Below are positions 10,182-21,941 of a stretch of DNA of 64,000 nt, in pieces (positions within the stretch are counted from its first letter, which is position 1; every line of letters starts with the position of its first letter). Source of the DNA: an uncultured Rivularia sp. GTDB taxonomy: Bacteria; Cyanobacteriota; Cyanobacteriia; Cyanobacteriales; Nostocaceae. A program made the translations under genes and the position numbers. The stretch is from contig OY762007.1 of the NCBI GenBank assembly GCA_963665115.1, forward strand, positions 2,848,001-2,912,000, read 5' to 3'. The notes beneath the pieces are model-generated. The model did not search any database. It saw only the letters and a list, made by a program, of their open reading frames with translations, and was not told the origin of the DNA.

Positions 10182-10301
10182 CTACATATCGCCGCCGCGA
10201 AATGCTAATACAAAAATTACCGCAGGTCCAGCTAACATGATTAGCGCTACAGAGCCGAGTTGAAAAATAACTTCCCAATTGATATTGGCTAAAGCTTCCA
10301 T
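10182..10301 (-). CDS. psb30: Photosystem II subunit Psb30 (Ycf12); not in the ORF track
   Basis: Translates to [39 protein letters not shown], with GGAGG RBS upstream. Confidence 0.93.
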   Translation of the reverse strand: MEALANINWEVIFQLGSVALIMLAGPAVIFVLAFRGGDM

Positions 10302-10593
10302 ACTATCCTCCCAGTTCCCTTAAAAAAATTGAATAAAAAGAATAATCTTTCCTAGATATAGATCGTATCCGAAAATCAGCGCCAAATTTTAATTTACTTA
10401 ACAAAATTAAAGAAAAAGATATAAAAATGAAACAAAGCAAATTGATTTTAAGATGAATGAGTAGTTTGTAATACCATTTCCCTAGGCGATCGCTATCGAT
10501 GGCAATTGATGGTTGTACTAAGACTTAACTCTTCTAACACCACACTCCTGAAAATAGTTTGTGACCTTTATTACATAAACAGAAAACGAAACA

Positions 10594-10944
10594 ATGGCAA
10601 CTTGGCAATGTGTAAAGCGATGTGGAGCCTGCTGTTACCTTGAGCCAGCAGAACGTCCCGAGATAGAAGAATACTTAACTCCGGAAGAATTAGAAAAATA
10701 TCTCAGCATGGTGGGGGATGACGGGTGGTGCATAAATTACGACCATGAGAAAAGAGAATGCAGTATTTATGCTGAGCGTCCACGCTTTTGTCGTGTAGAG
10801 CCAGAAGTATTTAAAGACTTATTTGATATAGAACCCGAAGAATTAAACGACTTTGCCATCGAATGCTGTCACCAACAGATAGAATCAGTGTATGGCGATC
10901 GCAGTTTTGAAATGATGCGATTTGATAAAGCTATTGGGATATAG
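10594..10944 (+). CDS. YkgJ-family cysteine-cluster protein
   Basis: CxxxCGACC near the N-terminus and CSIYAERPRFCR. Confidence 0.85.
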   Translation: MATWQCVKRCGACCYLEPAERPEIEEYLTPEELEKYLSMVGDDGWCINYDHEKRECSIYAERPRFCRVEPEVFKDLFDIEPEELNDFAIECCHQQIESVYGDRSFEMMRFDKAIGI

Positions 10945-11330
10945 ATGGGATTGGGCATGGGGGATTGGGCATGGGGGATTGGGCATGGGGGATTGGTAAT
11001 TGGTAATTGGTAATTGGTAATTGGTAAACAATAAGCGAGCAAGATGCATGTCCTTGCGGACACGCTCCGTTAACGCACTACACTTAACTAATTTATTTTC
11101 CCCCTTGTCCCCTTGTCCCCTTGTCTCCCCATGCCCTATACCCTATGCCCTATGCCCAATCCCCAATTCTAGAAACGGACGGCAACTACACCCAATACCT
11201 TACGGCTCTCCCCACTGCCGATGCGTGTGAAATAAAGATACATTAACAGATAAGAAAAGTAGACAAATGTTCAGAAAAAAGTGAATTTGATTTCACTGCT
11301 AACCGTTCAGCGAGGGAGCAAGAACCCATT

Positions 11331-13784
11331 ATGTTTGAACACTTTACTTCCGAAGCAATTAAAGTAGTTATGCTAGCCCAGGAGGAGGCACGTCGCCTGG
11401 GGCACAATTTTGTAGGCACGGAACAAATTCTCTTGGGATTGCTGGGAGAAGACACGGGTGTTGCTGCTAAAGTGCTGACGGATATGGGTGTGACTCTTAG
11501 AGATGCACGCCGCGAAGTCGAAAAAATTATTGGTAGAGGCTCTGGTTTTGTTCCACCAGAAATTCCTTTTACTCCTAAAGTTAAAACTCTATTTGAGCAG
11601 TCTTTTAAGGAAGCTCGCTCTCTTGGACATAATTATATTGGTACCGAACACCTGCTTCTCGGTTTAACTGAAGCTGGTGAAGGTGTTGCTGCTAAAGTAT
11701 TACAAAATTTAGATGTTGATTTGAAGCAGCTTCGTACTGCCGTTATCCGCCGCTTGGGTGAAGTCGCATCTGTTGGGGCTGGCGTTGGCGGTGGTAGCAC
11801 TAGACGCAACCAAATGGCAACTTTAGAAGAATTTGGTAGAAATCTTACTAAATTAGCAGCAGAGGGTAAATTAGACCCCGTAGTTGGTCGCGAAAAGGAA
11901 ATTGAGCGTACTGTTCAAGTTCTGGGACGACGCACCAAAAATAACCCCGTTTTAATTGGCGAACCTGGAGTTGGTAAAACTGCGATCGCCGAAGGTTTAG
12001 CCCAGCGAATTTTTAACAATGATGTGCCCGATGTCTTGCAGGAAAAGCAAGTTATCAGCCTTGATATGGGCTTAGTGGTAGCTGGTACTCGCTTCCGTGG
12101 TGATTTTGAAGAACGTCTGAAGAAAATCATGGAAGAAATCCGCTCTGCGGGTAATATCGTCCTTGTGATCGATGAAATTCATACTTTAGTTGGTGCAGGT
12201 GGTATGGAAGGCGGTATGGATGCTGCCAACATTCTTAAGCCAGCATTAGCTAGAGGAGAACTCCAATGTATTGGAGCCACCACTCTTGATGAGTACCGCA
12301 AGCACATCGAGCGCGATGCAGCTTTAGAACGTCGTTTCCAGCCAATTAAGATTGGCGAACCTTCAGTAGATGAAACGATTGAGATTTTACAGGGCTTGCG
12401 CGGTGCTTACGAGCAGCATCACAATTTAACAATATCTGACGAAGCATTGGTTGCAGCAGCTGAACTTTCCGATAGATATATCCAAGACCGCTTTTTGCCG
12501 GATAAAGCTATCGATTTGATTGATGAAGCCGGTTCTCGCGTGCGTTTGCGTCATTCAATGGCTTCCACTGACCGAGATTTGAAGCGTCAAATTACTGCGA
12601 TCGCTAAAAATAAAAACGAAGCGGTTAAGTTACAGGATTTTGACAAAGCTTCCGAACTTCGCGATCAAGAAATGGAGTTGGAAGTACAGCTTAAGGATGC
12701 TGAATCTGGCGAAACAATGATTAGAGCAGTAGTTGATGAAGAAGATATTGCTCATATCGTAGCTTCTTGGACTGGCGTACCCGTTAACAAGCTTACAGAA
12801 TCTGAATCTGAAGTGTTGCTGCATTTAGAAGATACCCTTCACCAAAGGCTTATCGGACAAGAGCAAGCAGTTACCGCAGTATCTAAGGCAATTCGCCGCG
12901 CTCGCGTTGGTTTGAAAAATCCAGATCGTCCAATTGCTAGCTTTATTTTCTCAGGTCCTACGGGAGTTGGTAAAACAGAATTAGCAAAATCCTTGGCTTC
13001 CTACTTCTTCGGTTCCGAAGAAAACATGATTCGCTTGGATATGTCGGAATACATGGAACGTCATACCGTCAGCAAACTAATCGGTTCACCTCCTGGCTTT
13101 GTCGGATACGACGAAGGCGGACAACTAACCGAAGCAGTGCGCCGCAAGCCTTACACCGTATTGCTGTTCGACGAAATCGAAAAAGCGCATCCCGACATAT
13201 TCAATATGTTGCTGCAAATGTTGGATGAAGGTCATCTTACCGATGCTAAAGGTAGAAAAGTAGACTTCAAGAATACTTTGATTATCTTGACTTCCAATAT
13301 TGGTTCGCGAGTAATTGAAAAAGGTGGTGGTGGTTTAGGCTTCAACGTAGAAGAAGAAGCAGAAGCTAACTACAACCGCATCAAAACCTTGGTTAATGAA
13401 GAACTCAAAAATTACTTCCGTCCCGAGTTTCTCAACCGTCTTGATGAAGTCATCGTCTTCACACAGCTTCAGAAAGATGAAATCAAGGAAATCGCCGAAA
13501 TCTTGCTCAAAGAACTTAGTAACCGTTTAGTTGAAAAGGAAATCTACTTACAAATCAGCGAAAGCTTCAAAGATTTGGTAGTGCAAGAAGGATACAATCC
13601 TAGCTACGGTGCTAGACCTTTACGTAGAGCAATAATGAACCTCTTAGAAGATTCATTAGCAGAAGCAATGCTTTCAGGTCAAATTGGACAAGGCGATACA
13701 GCAGTTATAGACGTTGACGACGACGGAAAAGTCAAAGTTATTAAAGCGGAGAAATCCGAACTAGAGTTTGCCAATGTCAGCTAA
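11331..13784 (+). CDS. clpC: ATP-dependent Clp protease ATP-binding subunit, ClpC type
   Basis: Clp N repeats and two AAA+ modules ([16 protein letters not shown]), plus GARPLRR. Confidence 0.93.
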   Translation: MFEHFTSEAIKVVMLAQEEARRLGHNFVGTEQILLGLLGEDTGVAAKVLTDMGVTLRDARREVEKIIGRGSGFVPPEIPFTPKVKTLFEQSFKEARSLGHNYIGTEHLLLGLTEAGEGVAAKVLQNLDVDLKQLRTAVIRRLGEVASVGAGVGGGSTRRNQMATLEEFGRNLTKLAAEGKLDPVVGREKEIERTVQVLGRRTKNNPVLIGEPGVGKTAIAEGLAQRIFNNDVPDVLQEKQVISLDMGLVVAGTRFRGDFEERLKKIMEEIRSAGNIVLVIDEIHTLVGAGGMEGGMDAANILKPALARGELQCIGATTLDEYRKHIERDAALERRFQPIKIGEPSVDETIEILQGLRGAYEQHHNLTISDEALVAAAELSDRYIQDRFLPDKAIDLIDEAGSRVRLRHSMASTDRDLKRQITAIAKNKNEAVKLQDFDKASELRDQEMELEVQLKDAESGETMIRAVVDEEDIAHIVASWTGVPVNKLTESESEVLLHLEDTLHQRLIGQEQAVTAVSKAIRRARVGLKNPDRPIASFIFSGPTGVGKTELAKSLASYFFGSEENMIRLDMSEYMERHTVSKLIGSPPGFVGYDEGGQLTEAVRRKPYTVLLFDEIEKAHPDIFNMLLQMLDEGHLTDAKGRKVDFKNTLIILTSNIGSRVIEKGGGGLGFNVEEEAEANYNRIKTLVNEELKNYFRPEFLNRLDEVIVFTQLQKDEIKEIAEILLKELSNRLVEKEIYLQISESFKDLVVQEGYNPSYGARPLRRAIMNLLEDSLAEAMLSGQIGQGDTAVIDVDDDGKVKVIKAEKSELEFANVS

Positions 13785-13972
13785 AAGTTATACCAAAAAG
13801 TATTTTGGTGGTAACATACTGATACGACCCCCTTGTCAAAATAGAAACTTCTATATTTCCAGAGAACGGGTTTTCAGCCCGTTCTGGAAAATAAAAAGTA
13901 AAAATGAAACAATGGGAAACGTAGAGAATATACTCAAGCAAACGTTGTATGAAATGGTAATAACTCTTTTAA

Positions 13973-14000
13973 CCCCCGGTAGCGATACTGGGGGATTTTT
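13973..14000 (+). terminator. Rho-independent terminator after clpC
   Basis: CCCCCGGT-agcgat-ACTGGGGG stem followed by a T run. Confidence 0.65.
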
Positions 14001-14136
14001 ATGTGGTAATTAAAAACTGGTTCGTAGTAGCGCTTAAGCGCCTCTCCGTATTTAATGCTGTGAAGTTAAAATTTCGTTATAAGAATTAGTTTGAATTTCT
14101 ATCTTTATATACATTGATTATTACTGAGGTATACAG

Positions 14137-14664
14137 ATGATAATAAGTGTTGAAGAGTTGTTGCAGCGTTATGAGAAGGGAGAGAGAGATTTTGCTGGGG
14201 CTGAACTTTGGCGAGTCAAGTTAGAAGACGCTGAATTGCCGGGAATTAATTTGAGCAAAGCTAATTTGCATGGGGCTAATTTGAATAGAGCTAATTTGAG
14301 TGGGGCTAATCTTAGTGGAGCCAATTTGGATTGCGCTCAACTCGAAGAGGCTGATTTAACCGGGGCTAATTTGAGTAAAGCTTATATCTCTGAAGCTATT
14401 CTTACTTGGGCTAATCTAACTAAAGCTGATTTAAGTAGAGCTAGTTTGGCTGAATCTAGCCTGTACGAAGCTAACCTCACCAATGCAAAAATGACTGGAG
14501 CAAGCTTGGGTTCCCCTTGTTTGACTGGAGCTAATTTGACTAACGTTGACTTAAGCAGTACTTGGATTGATTTGCCCAATGGAATAGAGAATCCCAGAGT
14601 TGCTGGAGCTATATTTTGTAACACCACTATGCCTGATGGAACTAAGATAAGAAGTTTTTTCTAG
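14137..14664 (+). CDS. Pentapeptide repeat protein
   Basis: Many A(N/D)LxG/A repeats, N-terminal ELLQRYEKGERDF and C-terminal NTTMPDG. Confidence 0.93.
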   Translation: MIISVEELLQRYEKGERDFAGAELWRVKLEDAELPGINLSKANLHGANLNRANLSGANLSGANLDCAQLEEADLTGANLSKAYISEAILTWANLTKADLSRASLAESSLYEANLTNAKMTGASLGSPCLTGANLTNVDLSSTWIDLPNGIENPRVAGAIFCNTTMPDGTKIRSFF

Positions 14665-14675
14665 GTTAATAGTTA

Positions 14676-14899
14676 GTAGGTTGAGTTTTTCAATGCGTGT
14701 AACCCAAAATCAGCTATGTGAAAAACAAACAAGTTTGAAATTACAAAAATATCCGGTGGGGAAATAAAAAAATATTCTCCGATCAATTTTTATATATTGA
14801 TATATTTCTCGTAAATCATCACAAAAAATGTTGGGTTACGGCGCAAGCGGAAATTAATTATTTTCTGACAAATATTTTCGTGCGCCTAACCCAACCTAC
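14676..14899. repeat. Inverted pair of GTAG REP-like hairpins (REPIN-like doublet)
   Basis: GTAGGTTGAG...GTAACCCAAAAT (14676-14710) faces ATGTTGGGTTACG...CTAACCCAACCTAC (14828-14899). Confidence 0.7.
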
Positions 14900-14932
14900 T
14901 AAAAATCGAGCGAATTAAAAATTATCCAAGAT

Positions 14933-15004
14933 ATTTGAAATATTGAGCGTCATTTGAAATATCGAGCGTCATTGGAAATATCTAGCGTGATTTGAAATAT
15001 CGCC
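14933..15004. repeat. 19-bp tandem repeat, about 3.8 copies (ATTTGAAATATCGAGCGTC)
   Basis: Units start at 14933, 14952, 14971 and 14990. Confidence 0.85.
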
Positions 15005-15148
15005 ACAAGTTTCCCGCCTTAAAAAAGGGGGGCTTGCGTAAGTCATGACAATTGAGACTTTTAGCATCACGCACCAGCTGCGATTTATCAAAAAAATGAT
15101 TGTTTATCGTCATAAATTAGAAACAGTTAACCATTATCAATATCAACC

Positions 15149-16003
15149 GTGTCTAAGGATGAACCTCCCGTACACCTACACTTATTAGAAAGCTTTGATG
15201 CTGGGTGGGATGGCTTGAATCTCATCTACGAAATTGAACCACGCAACGAAATGCCTGGAATTGACTTTGGTGAGCATTTTATCATTATTGCTCGCGGTAA
15301 TTTTCGTGCTAGCTATATGCTAAACGGAAGCTGGCATGAGGTGGATTATACAAAGGGCGACATTGCAATTATTCCCGCAAATCAAGGTTTTCCCAAGACG
15401 CAAATCGACCGAGAAGTTCCTTTGCTTGAATTATTTATCGATCCTGCCTTTATTACACGTATTGCCTGTGAATCCGTGAATACAGACAATATTGAGTTAG
15501 TACCGCAATGGCATATACGCGACCCTTTAATTGAAAATATTGGGTTGGCATTAGTAACAGAATTAGAATTAAACGGCACAGAAAGTAAATTTTATGCTGA
15601 ATCAATGGCTACAGCGCTTTCAATGCATTTACTCAGTAGATATTCATCGCATCAACCAGAAATAAAAAACTATACTGATGGATTGCCGAATTATAAATTA
15701 AAAGAAGTTATCGACTATATTCAAGAAAACATCAGCAAAAAACTAACTCAAGCAGAATTAAGTAGATTGCTTCATATGAGTCCCCATTATTTCGCCACTT
15801 TATTCAAGCAATCGATGGGAATGACACCGTATCAATATGTAATGAAATGTCGAATTGAAAAAGCAAAACAGTTATTGTTAAAGCCAGATTTTACAATAGT
15901 AGAAATTAGTGGGGAAGTTGGTTTTCAAAATCAAAGCCACTTTACCAGAGTTTTTCGGCAATATACTAAAACAACTCCGAAGGTGTTTCGGGATAGGGTT
16001 TAA
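15149..16003 (+). CDS. AraC family transcriptional regulator
   Basis: C-terminal double HTH: MSPHYFATLFKQSMGMTP...GFQNQSHFTRVF. Confidence 0.93.
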   Translation: MSKDEPPVHLHLLESFDAGWDGLNLIYEIEPRNEMPGIDFGEHFIIIARGNFRASYMLNGSWHEVDYTKGDIAIIPANQGFPKTQIDREVPLLELFIDPAFITRIACESVNTDNIELVPQWHIRDPLIENIGLALVTELELNGTESKFYAESMATALSMHLLSRYSSHQPEIKNYTDGLPNYKLKEVIDYIQENISKKLTQAELSRLLHMSPHYFATLFKQSMGMTPYQYVMKCRIEKAKQLLLKPDFTIVEISGEVGFQNQSHFTRVFRQYTKTTPKVFRDRV

Positions 16004-16449
16004 GGGGAGATGGTGAGACTACTCGCGGAGGTAGGTTCCCGCAGTACGAGCGAAGTAGCGTTAGCGTTCACGCGGAGCGTGCGGCTCAGCGTCTCCCGCC
16101 AGGGAGATACCCGAAGGGGGAGATGGGGAAAAAATCAAATCATTTGTAGTGGGAGCATCTTGCTCCCTTGTTGTTTAATAATTACCAATCCCCAATTCCC
16201 AATTCCCAATTCCGTTTGCACCAGGATTATAAAAAAACCGCAAAGACGCTGAGTACGCTGAGGAAGAAGTAAAGAGAGAAAATTTAAATAATTCTCATAC
16301 AAATGGAAAAGATATTACCAATCCCCAATGCCCAATCCCCAATTTTCAAGAAGATTAGAATAAATTTCGGAAATTTAGACAAGACGCTGACAAGGATGAT
16401 TTTTTAAGCTGAGTACGTATCAATATTTGTTGAATATAAACTGAGCATT

Positions 16450-16620
16450 ATGGATACTAAATTCCCGTTGCAAGAATGGCAGATTGTGGGTTTTTCGGCT
16501 TTGTTGGTGGGGACAATATGTGCTTTTGTAGCTTTGATTCACGGTGTTGATGAAGCTGGGATGCGAATAGCAATGATGTTGAGATTTGCTGCGGGGAGAA
16601 GAAAGGAAAAATTAGTTTAA
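16450..16620 (+). pseudogene. 56-codon ORF, probable internally deleted remnant of a membrane protein gene
   Basis: MDTKFPLQEWQIVGFSALLVGTICAFVALIHGVDEAGMRIA-MMLRFAAGRRKEKLV*; ends 9 bp before the MAPEG gene. Confidence 0.5.
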
Positions 16621-16629
16621 ATAATTAAC

Positions 16630-17139
16630 ATGAATCAAAATCTAATTCCCATATCAACGCTATTTATCGGAATCAACGGTTTTATTGCCTTTGCACTTTC
16701 TTATGTTGTGGCAATGGAACGCACAAAAACCAGGGTTTGGCATGGTGAATCAAATGCTGATATTACCGTACAACCCGATTATTTAGAAAAACCGAATGCA
16801 TGGGCGGCTTTTTTCGATAATTTGACTCAAAAGCTGGTTGAAACTAAAGCCGAAGATGATGGTATTTTACAGCGTAAAGTCCGCGCTCATAGCAATTTTA
16901 CAGAATACGTGCCGTTAGCATTACTGTTAATTATTGCTTTGGAATTAATCAATGCAGCTTATTTTTTAATCTGGTTTTTAGGAAGCTGTTTAACTGTAGC
17001 TCGAATCGCTCATGCATGGGGTTTAATTAAAACATATGGCCCTTCTCCCGGTAGAGCTTTTGGTTTTTTCTTAACATGGTTTGTGTATTTAATAGGTTCC
17101 GGTGCTTGTATTTTTTATGCCGTAAAGGGTTTGATTTAA
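16630..17139 (+). CDS. MAPEG family membrane protein
   Basis: VRAHSNFTEYVP and ARIAHAWG motifs. Confidence 0.88.
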   Translation: MNQNLIPISTLFIGINGFIAFALSYVVAMERTKTRVWHGESNADITVQPDYLEKPNAWAAFFDNLTQKLVETKAEDDGILQRKVRAHSNFTEYVPLALLLIIALELINAAYFLIWFLGSCLTVARIAHAWGLIKTYGPSPGRAFGFFLTWFVYLIGSGACIFYAVKGLI

Positions 17140-17161
17140 AGTTTAATAAAAGTCGCAGGAA

Positions 17162-18001
17162 CTAAGCAACACCATATTTTTTAAACCAATATTGCAACCA
17201 CAACCAACCATTTTCTGCTGCTTCTTTGTTGTAGCTAGGGCGATAATCGGCATGGAATCCGTGGGGTGCATTGGGATAAACTATTATCTTTGTTGCTGTT
17301 TTGGCTTGTTTTAAAGCTTCTCGCATTTTCTCAACATCGCTGACGGGAATATTTTTGTCCTCACCACCGTAAAGCCCAAGTACTGGTGCTTTAAGTAATG
17401 GTCCGATATTAATGGGATATTGCGGCTGCAACGGATTACTATCCCCTGTCAATCTTCCATACCAAGCAACACCTGCTTTAAGTTGCGGGCTATGTGCTGC
17501 ATATAACCAAACGATTCTACCACCCCAACAAAAACCCGTAATACCGAGTTTATCTACATCAGCTTTACCGGAATTACCTGCCCAAACTACCGTTGCATCT
17601 AAATCTGAAAGTACTTGTGTATCGGGAACTTTGGAAACAACTTTGCTGATGATTTCTTGAATATTATTTAGCTTTGAAACATCGCCATAACGCGCAAATA
17701 ATTGAGGTGCGATCGCCATATATCCTAATTGAGCAAAACGGCGACAAACATCTTGAATATATTCATGCACGCCGAATATTTCCTGCACTACCAACACTAC
17801 TGGAAAGTTAGTACCTCTCGCTGGCATGGCATGATAAGCGGGGATTACTCCATCTGCAACGGGAATTTTCACTTCACCCGCAACTAATCCCGAAGTTTCC
17901 GTTTTAATAACTTGAGCATAAATCGGCTGTACCGCCATTGCAAATCCTGCCGTCAGACTGGCAATAAGTAATTCCCGTCTGCCGAAGTTGTTTTGTGTCA
18001 C
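17162..18001 (-). CDS. Dienelactone hydrolase family protein (possible Tat signal)
   Basis: [14 protein letters not shown] and [11 protein letters not shown] motifs; N-terminal GRRELL. Confidence 0.92.
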   Translation of the reverse strand: MTQNNFGRRELLIASLTAGFAMAVQPIYAQVIKTETSGLVAGEVKIPVADGVIPAYHAMPARGTNFPVVLVVQEIFGVHEYIQDVCRRFAQLGYMAIAPQLFARYGDVSKLNNIQEIISKVVSKVPDTQVLSDLDATVVWAGNSGKADVDKLGITGFCWGGRIVWLYAAHSPQLKAGVAWYGRLTGDSNPLQPQYPINIGPLLKAPVLGLYGGEDKNIPVSDVEKMREALKQAKTATKIIVYPNAPHGFHADYRPSYNKEAAENGWLWLQYWFKKYGVA

Positions 18002-18059
18002 TTTTATAAGTAAGTATATGGTTATTAAAAAGAATGTATCATGTAAATAAAAAAATGTG

Positions 18060-18551
18060 CTAAAAATTGAAATACTCTTTTCTTAACATCGACATCAGAA
18101 TTAAAGATTCCCATTTTTCTGAAGTTTTTAGACATTCGCGCAAGCAACCTTCTATAATAAATCCTTCTGATTCATAGAGTTTTTTAGCACGGAGGTTATG
18201 TTCTTTTACATCTAGCCATAAACGATGTGCCGATAATTCTTCAAATGACAGCTTTTTTATTAATTGCAAAGTTTCTCTACCATATCCTTTACCTTTATCT
18301 GTAATTACAATTCTCTTCAATTCGATACTTTGATTGGTGTTAGACAAACCTGCGACTATAGCATACCCAACTAAACTATTATTTGTAATTTTTTCAATGA
18401 TAAAGTGTGCGATATCGTTGTTTGATAAAGCATCATGGTGCTGTTGTTTTGTCCATTGAGTCACAAAAGCATTATTTTCTTGATTTTGTTCTACTTGTAA
18501 TACAAAGTTGAGATGGTTTTCAACAGTAGGTATTAAACGAACATTATTCAT
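18060..18551 (-). CDS. GNAT N-acetyltransferase (start taken at MNNVRL)
   Basis: KGKGYG and [13 protein letters not shown] motifs. Confidence 0.88.
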   Translation of the reverse strand: MNNVRLIPTVENHLNFVLQVEQNQENNAFVTQWTKQQHHDALSNNDIAHFIIEKITNNSLVGYAIVAGLSNTNQSIELKRIVITDKGKGYGRETLQLIKKLSFEELSAHRLWLDVKEHNLRAKKLYESEGFIIEGCLRECLKTSEKWESLILMSMLRKEYFNF

Positions 18552-18564
18552 AAAGCAATAACTT

Positions 18565-19068
18565 TTATTGATTCTGCGCTGCAATAAAGAAAGGTAAATC
18601 AATTTCTGGTGCTGAATAACCAAACTGCGTTAAAGCTGCGGAAACTTGTCCTCGATGATGAGTTCCATGATTAACTACATGACTTAAAATATTACTAAGC
18701 TGTAAAGATTTTTCGCTACCTTCTGTAGTTTTATATTCAATAATATTTCCCAATCTATCTGCATCAATTTCCATTAAAAATTCGCTCCAATTTGCCGATT
18801 GATTTTTTATTTCGTTTTCAAGTTGTTTTCTATCGGAACATAATTCTTCATCTAATCCAGAAACAGTAAATGGTTGATTCACGCAACGCCCATACCAAAT
18901 TTTATCCGCTAATAAACTATGATTTAAGGTACCGTGAATGCTTTTGAAAAACAAACCGCATTCACGATAATAATCAGTGTCGGAGACAGATTTTAAATAT
19001 TCATAGAGTCTACCAAAAGCCCAATTATGATATTGCGTTAGAGTTGAAAACTGTTGCTTTATATCCAT
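18565..19068 (-). CDS. DinB family protein
   Basis: FKSIHGTLNH and HVVNHGTHHRGQ motifs. Confidence 0.92.
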   Translation of the reverse strand: MDIKQQFSTLTQYHNWAFGRLYEYLKSVSDTDYYRECGLFFKSIHGTLNHSLLADKIWYGRCVNQPFTVSGLDEELCSDRKQLENEIKNQSANWSEFLMEIDADRLGNIIEYKTTEGSEKSLQLSNILSHVVNHGTHHRGQVSAALTQFGYSAPEIDLPFFIAAQNQ

Positions 19069-19295
19069 GATTTTATTGATAATTTTAGTCTTATTTTAAA
19101 TTTAAGTAACTAAACAGAAATAACTACAGCTGTTGTTAAATTAATTAACTTTAACTATTTGTTACCATTTTCTATTACTTAAAATTTAGTTTACCAAAAT
19201 TTTACATAAATAGCCGTAAATATAAATTAATTGTAAAGCTTGTTTAATTAAAATGAATGTGGTATCAGTAAAAATACTATATTTATCGTATTTTT

Positions 19296-20015
19296 ATGAA
19301 CCGCAAATTAACATTAGGCTTTATCCTACCTTTCTTATTTTCCACAGCAATCCCTGCTAAGGCTCAATCTCGATTGCTAGATAAAAATACTGCTTTGCAA
19401 ACAGTTGCTGCACGGATATTAAATGACAGTCAATATGGCAACGTGCAAATGAATTGCCTTTCATTCGTCACGGTTAACTCAAACACTTCATTTTTCGACT
19501 TCATAGTACATGAAAAACATGGTGGTGGATGTCCTAGTGTTGGCAATTCCAAACTTATATTCGAGCGTTTCCGAATTAATCGCGATACTTCCAGAGTCGA
19601 ACAATTCGATAAAGTTGCCAATCGTTGGATGGCTGAAAATAGAGTTCAGCTTAAGAAAGCAAACGTTCCGATATTTGTGGGGGGATTAGATAAAAATGCC
19701 TTAGCATTTAACAACTTTATGCAGGATAATATTGGTAAAACTGTTTATTTAGAAATCATTTTTGGTAGTACAATTCCCCAAGGTTATCGTTCCCCAGAAA
19801 GTGCGCCTTTCTTTGAAGTAAGAGAACAACCAAACAAACGAAATTCAAAGTTTAATACTTACTTTATGCAGCAAGCCGGAAACGGTTATAACTGGGGTAA
19901 AGTGACTAATTACGATGAGAAAAATCGTAAGTTATCCGGCTTTTTTAAAGTTGGAAAACCGAAGAAAATAAATGATAGATGGACTTCTTTTGATATAACG
20001 TTTATTCCGCAGTAA
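19296..20015 (+). CDS. Exported hypothetical protein
   Basis: 239-aa ORF with a signal peptide ending AKA; two Cys in the N-terminal part. Confidence 0.7.
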   Translation: MNRKLTLGFILPFLFSTAIPAKAQSRLLDKNTALQTVAARILNDSQYGNVQMNCLSFVTVNSNTSFFDFIVHEKHGGGCPSVGNSKLIFERFRINRDTSRVEQFDKVANRWMAENRVQLKKANVPIFVGGLDKNALAFNNFMQDNIGKTVYLEIIFGSTIPQGYRSPESAPFFEVREQPNKRNSKFNTYFMQQAGNGYNWGKVTNYDEKNRKLSGFFKVGKPKKINDRWTSFDITFIPQ

Positions 20016-20154
20016 GAGAGAAAGGTAGTTAGGAGTTAGGAGTTAGGAGTTAGGAGTTTTTAATAATATGGTTTTTTAGTCCATTTCAATGGACTTTTGC
20101 TTAAGAGCGGGGAATTACATTCCTCAGCGGATTAGGGTTTTTGTTAAATATCGT

Positions 20155-20221
20155 GGTGCGTTACGGCATCCGCTACTTGGTAATTAAAACCATTACATTT
20201 AGTAGCCGTAACACACCCTAC
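20155..20221 (-). repeat. Long-loop REP variant (GTAGGGTGTGTTACGGC...GCCGTAACGCACC)
   Basis: Related copies at 37501-37567 and 45505-45571. Confidence 0.8.
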
Positions 20222-20317
20222 AATTGAAATACAGTACTTTGCAGTTAAATAAGGTACAACTTGATATCAAAAAAATCTTGTGGAGTGGGGCATCCCTGCC
20301 CGCTAGAATGTAACAAT

Positions 20318-21559
20318 TTATAAAATATTATTATTAACGTACAGTAGAATATCTTGAAGTAATCCGACAGTAAAACCTAAAACACCACCTAAAGTGACGA
20401 TAGCCTGTAATTCATTTTTAACGATTCCTTCGATGGCATTTTCTAAATCAGCGGGTGATGTTGATTTGATTCTATCAATGATTACTTGATCGATTGATAA
20501 AATTGGAATTGTTTGAGCAACTATTTTTTCTAAATCTTTTTCTAAGTAACGCTCTAATAGTAATGCTAATTCTTTACTGACTACTTCTAGTGATGAATTC
20601 ATTACTTGCGAATTGCTTAAGCGGTTTAATAGTAAAGTCGCTATTTTTTCCCAATCTAAGGATTTGCTGAAACCTTCTAATAATTCACCACCACGGGTTC
20701 TGATGTATTGACGAACGGTATCTCCGGTGGTTTTACGCAGTTGACGCACGGTACCCATTGGTAGGTTTTGCAAAGAGACGTTTTGCACAATTTTACGAAT
20801 GCGATCGCGAAGTTGTAAGTCTTGAGTTAATTCTTTAATGCGGGAATTAGTTGCGTCTTTTTCGTCTAAGCAATAAGTACGCAAACGGGTTAAGCTGTTG
20901 CGTAAGCCGAAGAGGTTGGCTACTACCCAATATGTACCGCTAGTTCTTTCGCGGAAGCTTTCGTCAATAGTTTGAATTGTGCGGTCTGTGAGAAAATCAA
21001 TTATGGCTAAACGAATTGTTTCTGGTGGTAAAACTACTTGTAGCAACCAGTCAGCCAAACGAGAAGATTGAACGTCATTGAGTTGGAATTCTAAGAGTAT
21101 TTGGTCGAATATTTGATCAATTTGTGCTTCTAAAAAATCTTCTCTTCGTGCTAAAGCTTTTAATAAGCGCGGTAATGATTCTCCGAGCAAATCTTTAAGA
21201 ATCCCTGCCAGGATTTTAGTAGTTTTTTGCTCTTTGTCGTCTTTTATTTGGTTGATTGCCATTTGCAGCAACCACAGAATCCCTGCTTCTACTCGCTCTC
21301 TTTCTAACAAGCGTCGTGCCAGTTTTTGTAATTCTTCTGGTGTCAGCAGCGACTGCATTATTGTTTTAGAAACGTTTTTGGCCAAACGCTCTTGATTGCG
21401 AGGTATCAATCCGGGCGTAAATGGAAGCTTTTTCCCACCAATATAAATTGCCTGATAAGGGCGGAATAACATTTTGATGGCTAAATCATTAGTGAAATAG
21501 CCGATAATTCCACCTGCTACGGGGGGAGTGATATATAACCAGAGATTAGACAAATCCAC
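20318..21559 (-). CDS. DUF445 family membrane-anchored protein
   Basis: [16 protein letters not shown] at the N-terminus and [13 protein letters not shown] at the C-terminus. Confidence 0.88.
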   Translation of the reverse strand: MDLSNLWLYITPPVAGGIIGYFTNDLAIKMLFRPYQAIYIGGKKLPFTPGLIPRNQERLAKNVSKTIMQSLLTPEELQKLARRLLERERVEAGILWLLQMAINQIKDDKEQKTTKILAGILKDLLGESLPRLLKALARREDFLEAQIDQIFDQILLEFQLNDVQSSRLADWLLQVVLPPETIRLAIIDFLTDRTIQTIDESFRERTSGTYWVVANLFGLRNSLTRLRTYCLDEKDATNSRIKELTQDLQLRDRIRKIVQNVSLQNLPMGTVRQLRKTTGDTVRQYIRTRGGELLEGFSKSLDWEKIATLLLNRLSNSQVMNSSLEVVSKELALLLERYLEKDLEKIVAQTIPILSIDQVIIDRIKSTSPADLENAIEGIVKNELQAIVTLGGVLGFTVGLLQDILLYVNNNIL

Positions 21560-21757
21560 GATAGAAGTTAAGAGTTAAGAGTTAGGAATTGGGAGTTAGG
21601 AGTTAGGAGTTGGGAGTTAGGAATTATAAGTTAGAAGTTAATCAAAAAAATTTACTTGAATAATTAAGGGATCTATCACGTGACTATTTCACAGCAATTT
21701 GAATGTTATCAAATTAGATGTTTTGAAAAATAATTTATCTAAGAAAAAACTAATTTG

Positions 21758-21872
21758 GGACTTCCAAAAAATAATTTATCTAAAATAATTGTAGTGCGAG
21801 CATCTTGCTTGCTATATCTCAAGCGAGCAAGATGCTCGCACTAAAATTGGATATTTTTTAATTTGGAAGTCC
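21758..21872. mobile_element. MITE-like element with GGACTTCCAAA terminal inverted repeats, enclosing a GTAGTGCGAGCATCTTGC doublet
   Basis: ggacttccaaa...tttggaagtcc ends, with an internal palindrome at 21791-21843. Confidence 0.6.
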
Positions 21873-21941
21873 TCTATTATATATTTAAGTTGAAAATTCC
21901 CCGTTTTCACCACTAAAAATTCCTCACTCCTCACTCCTAAC

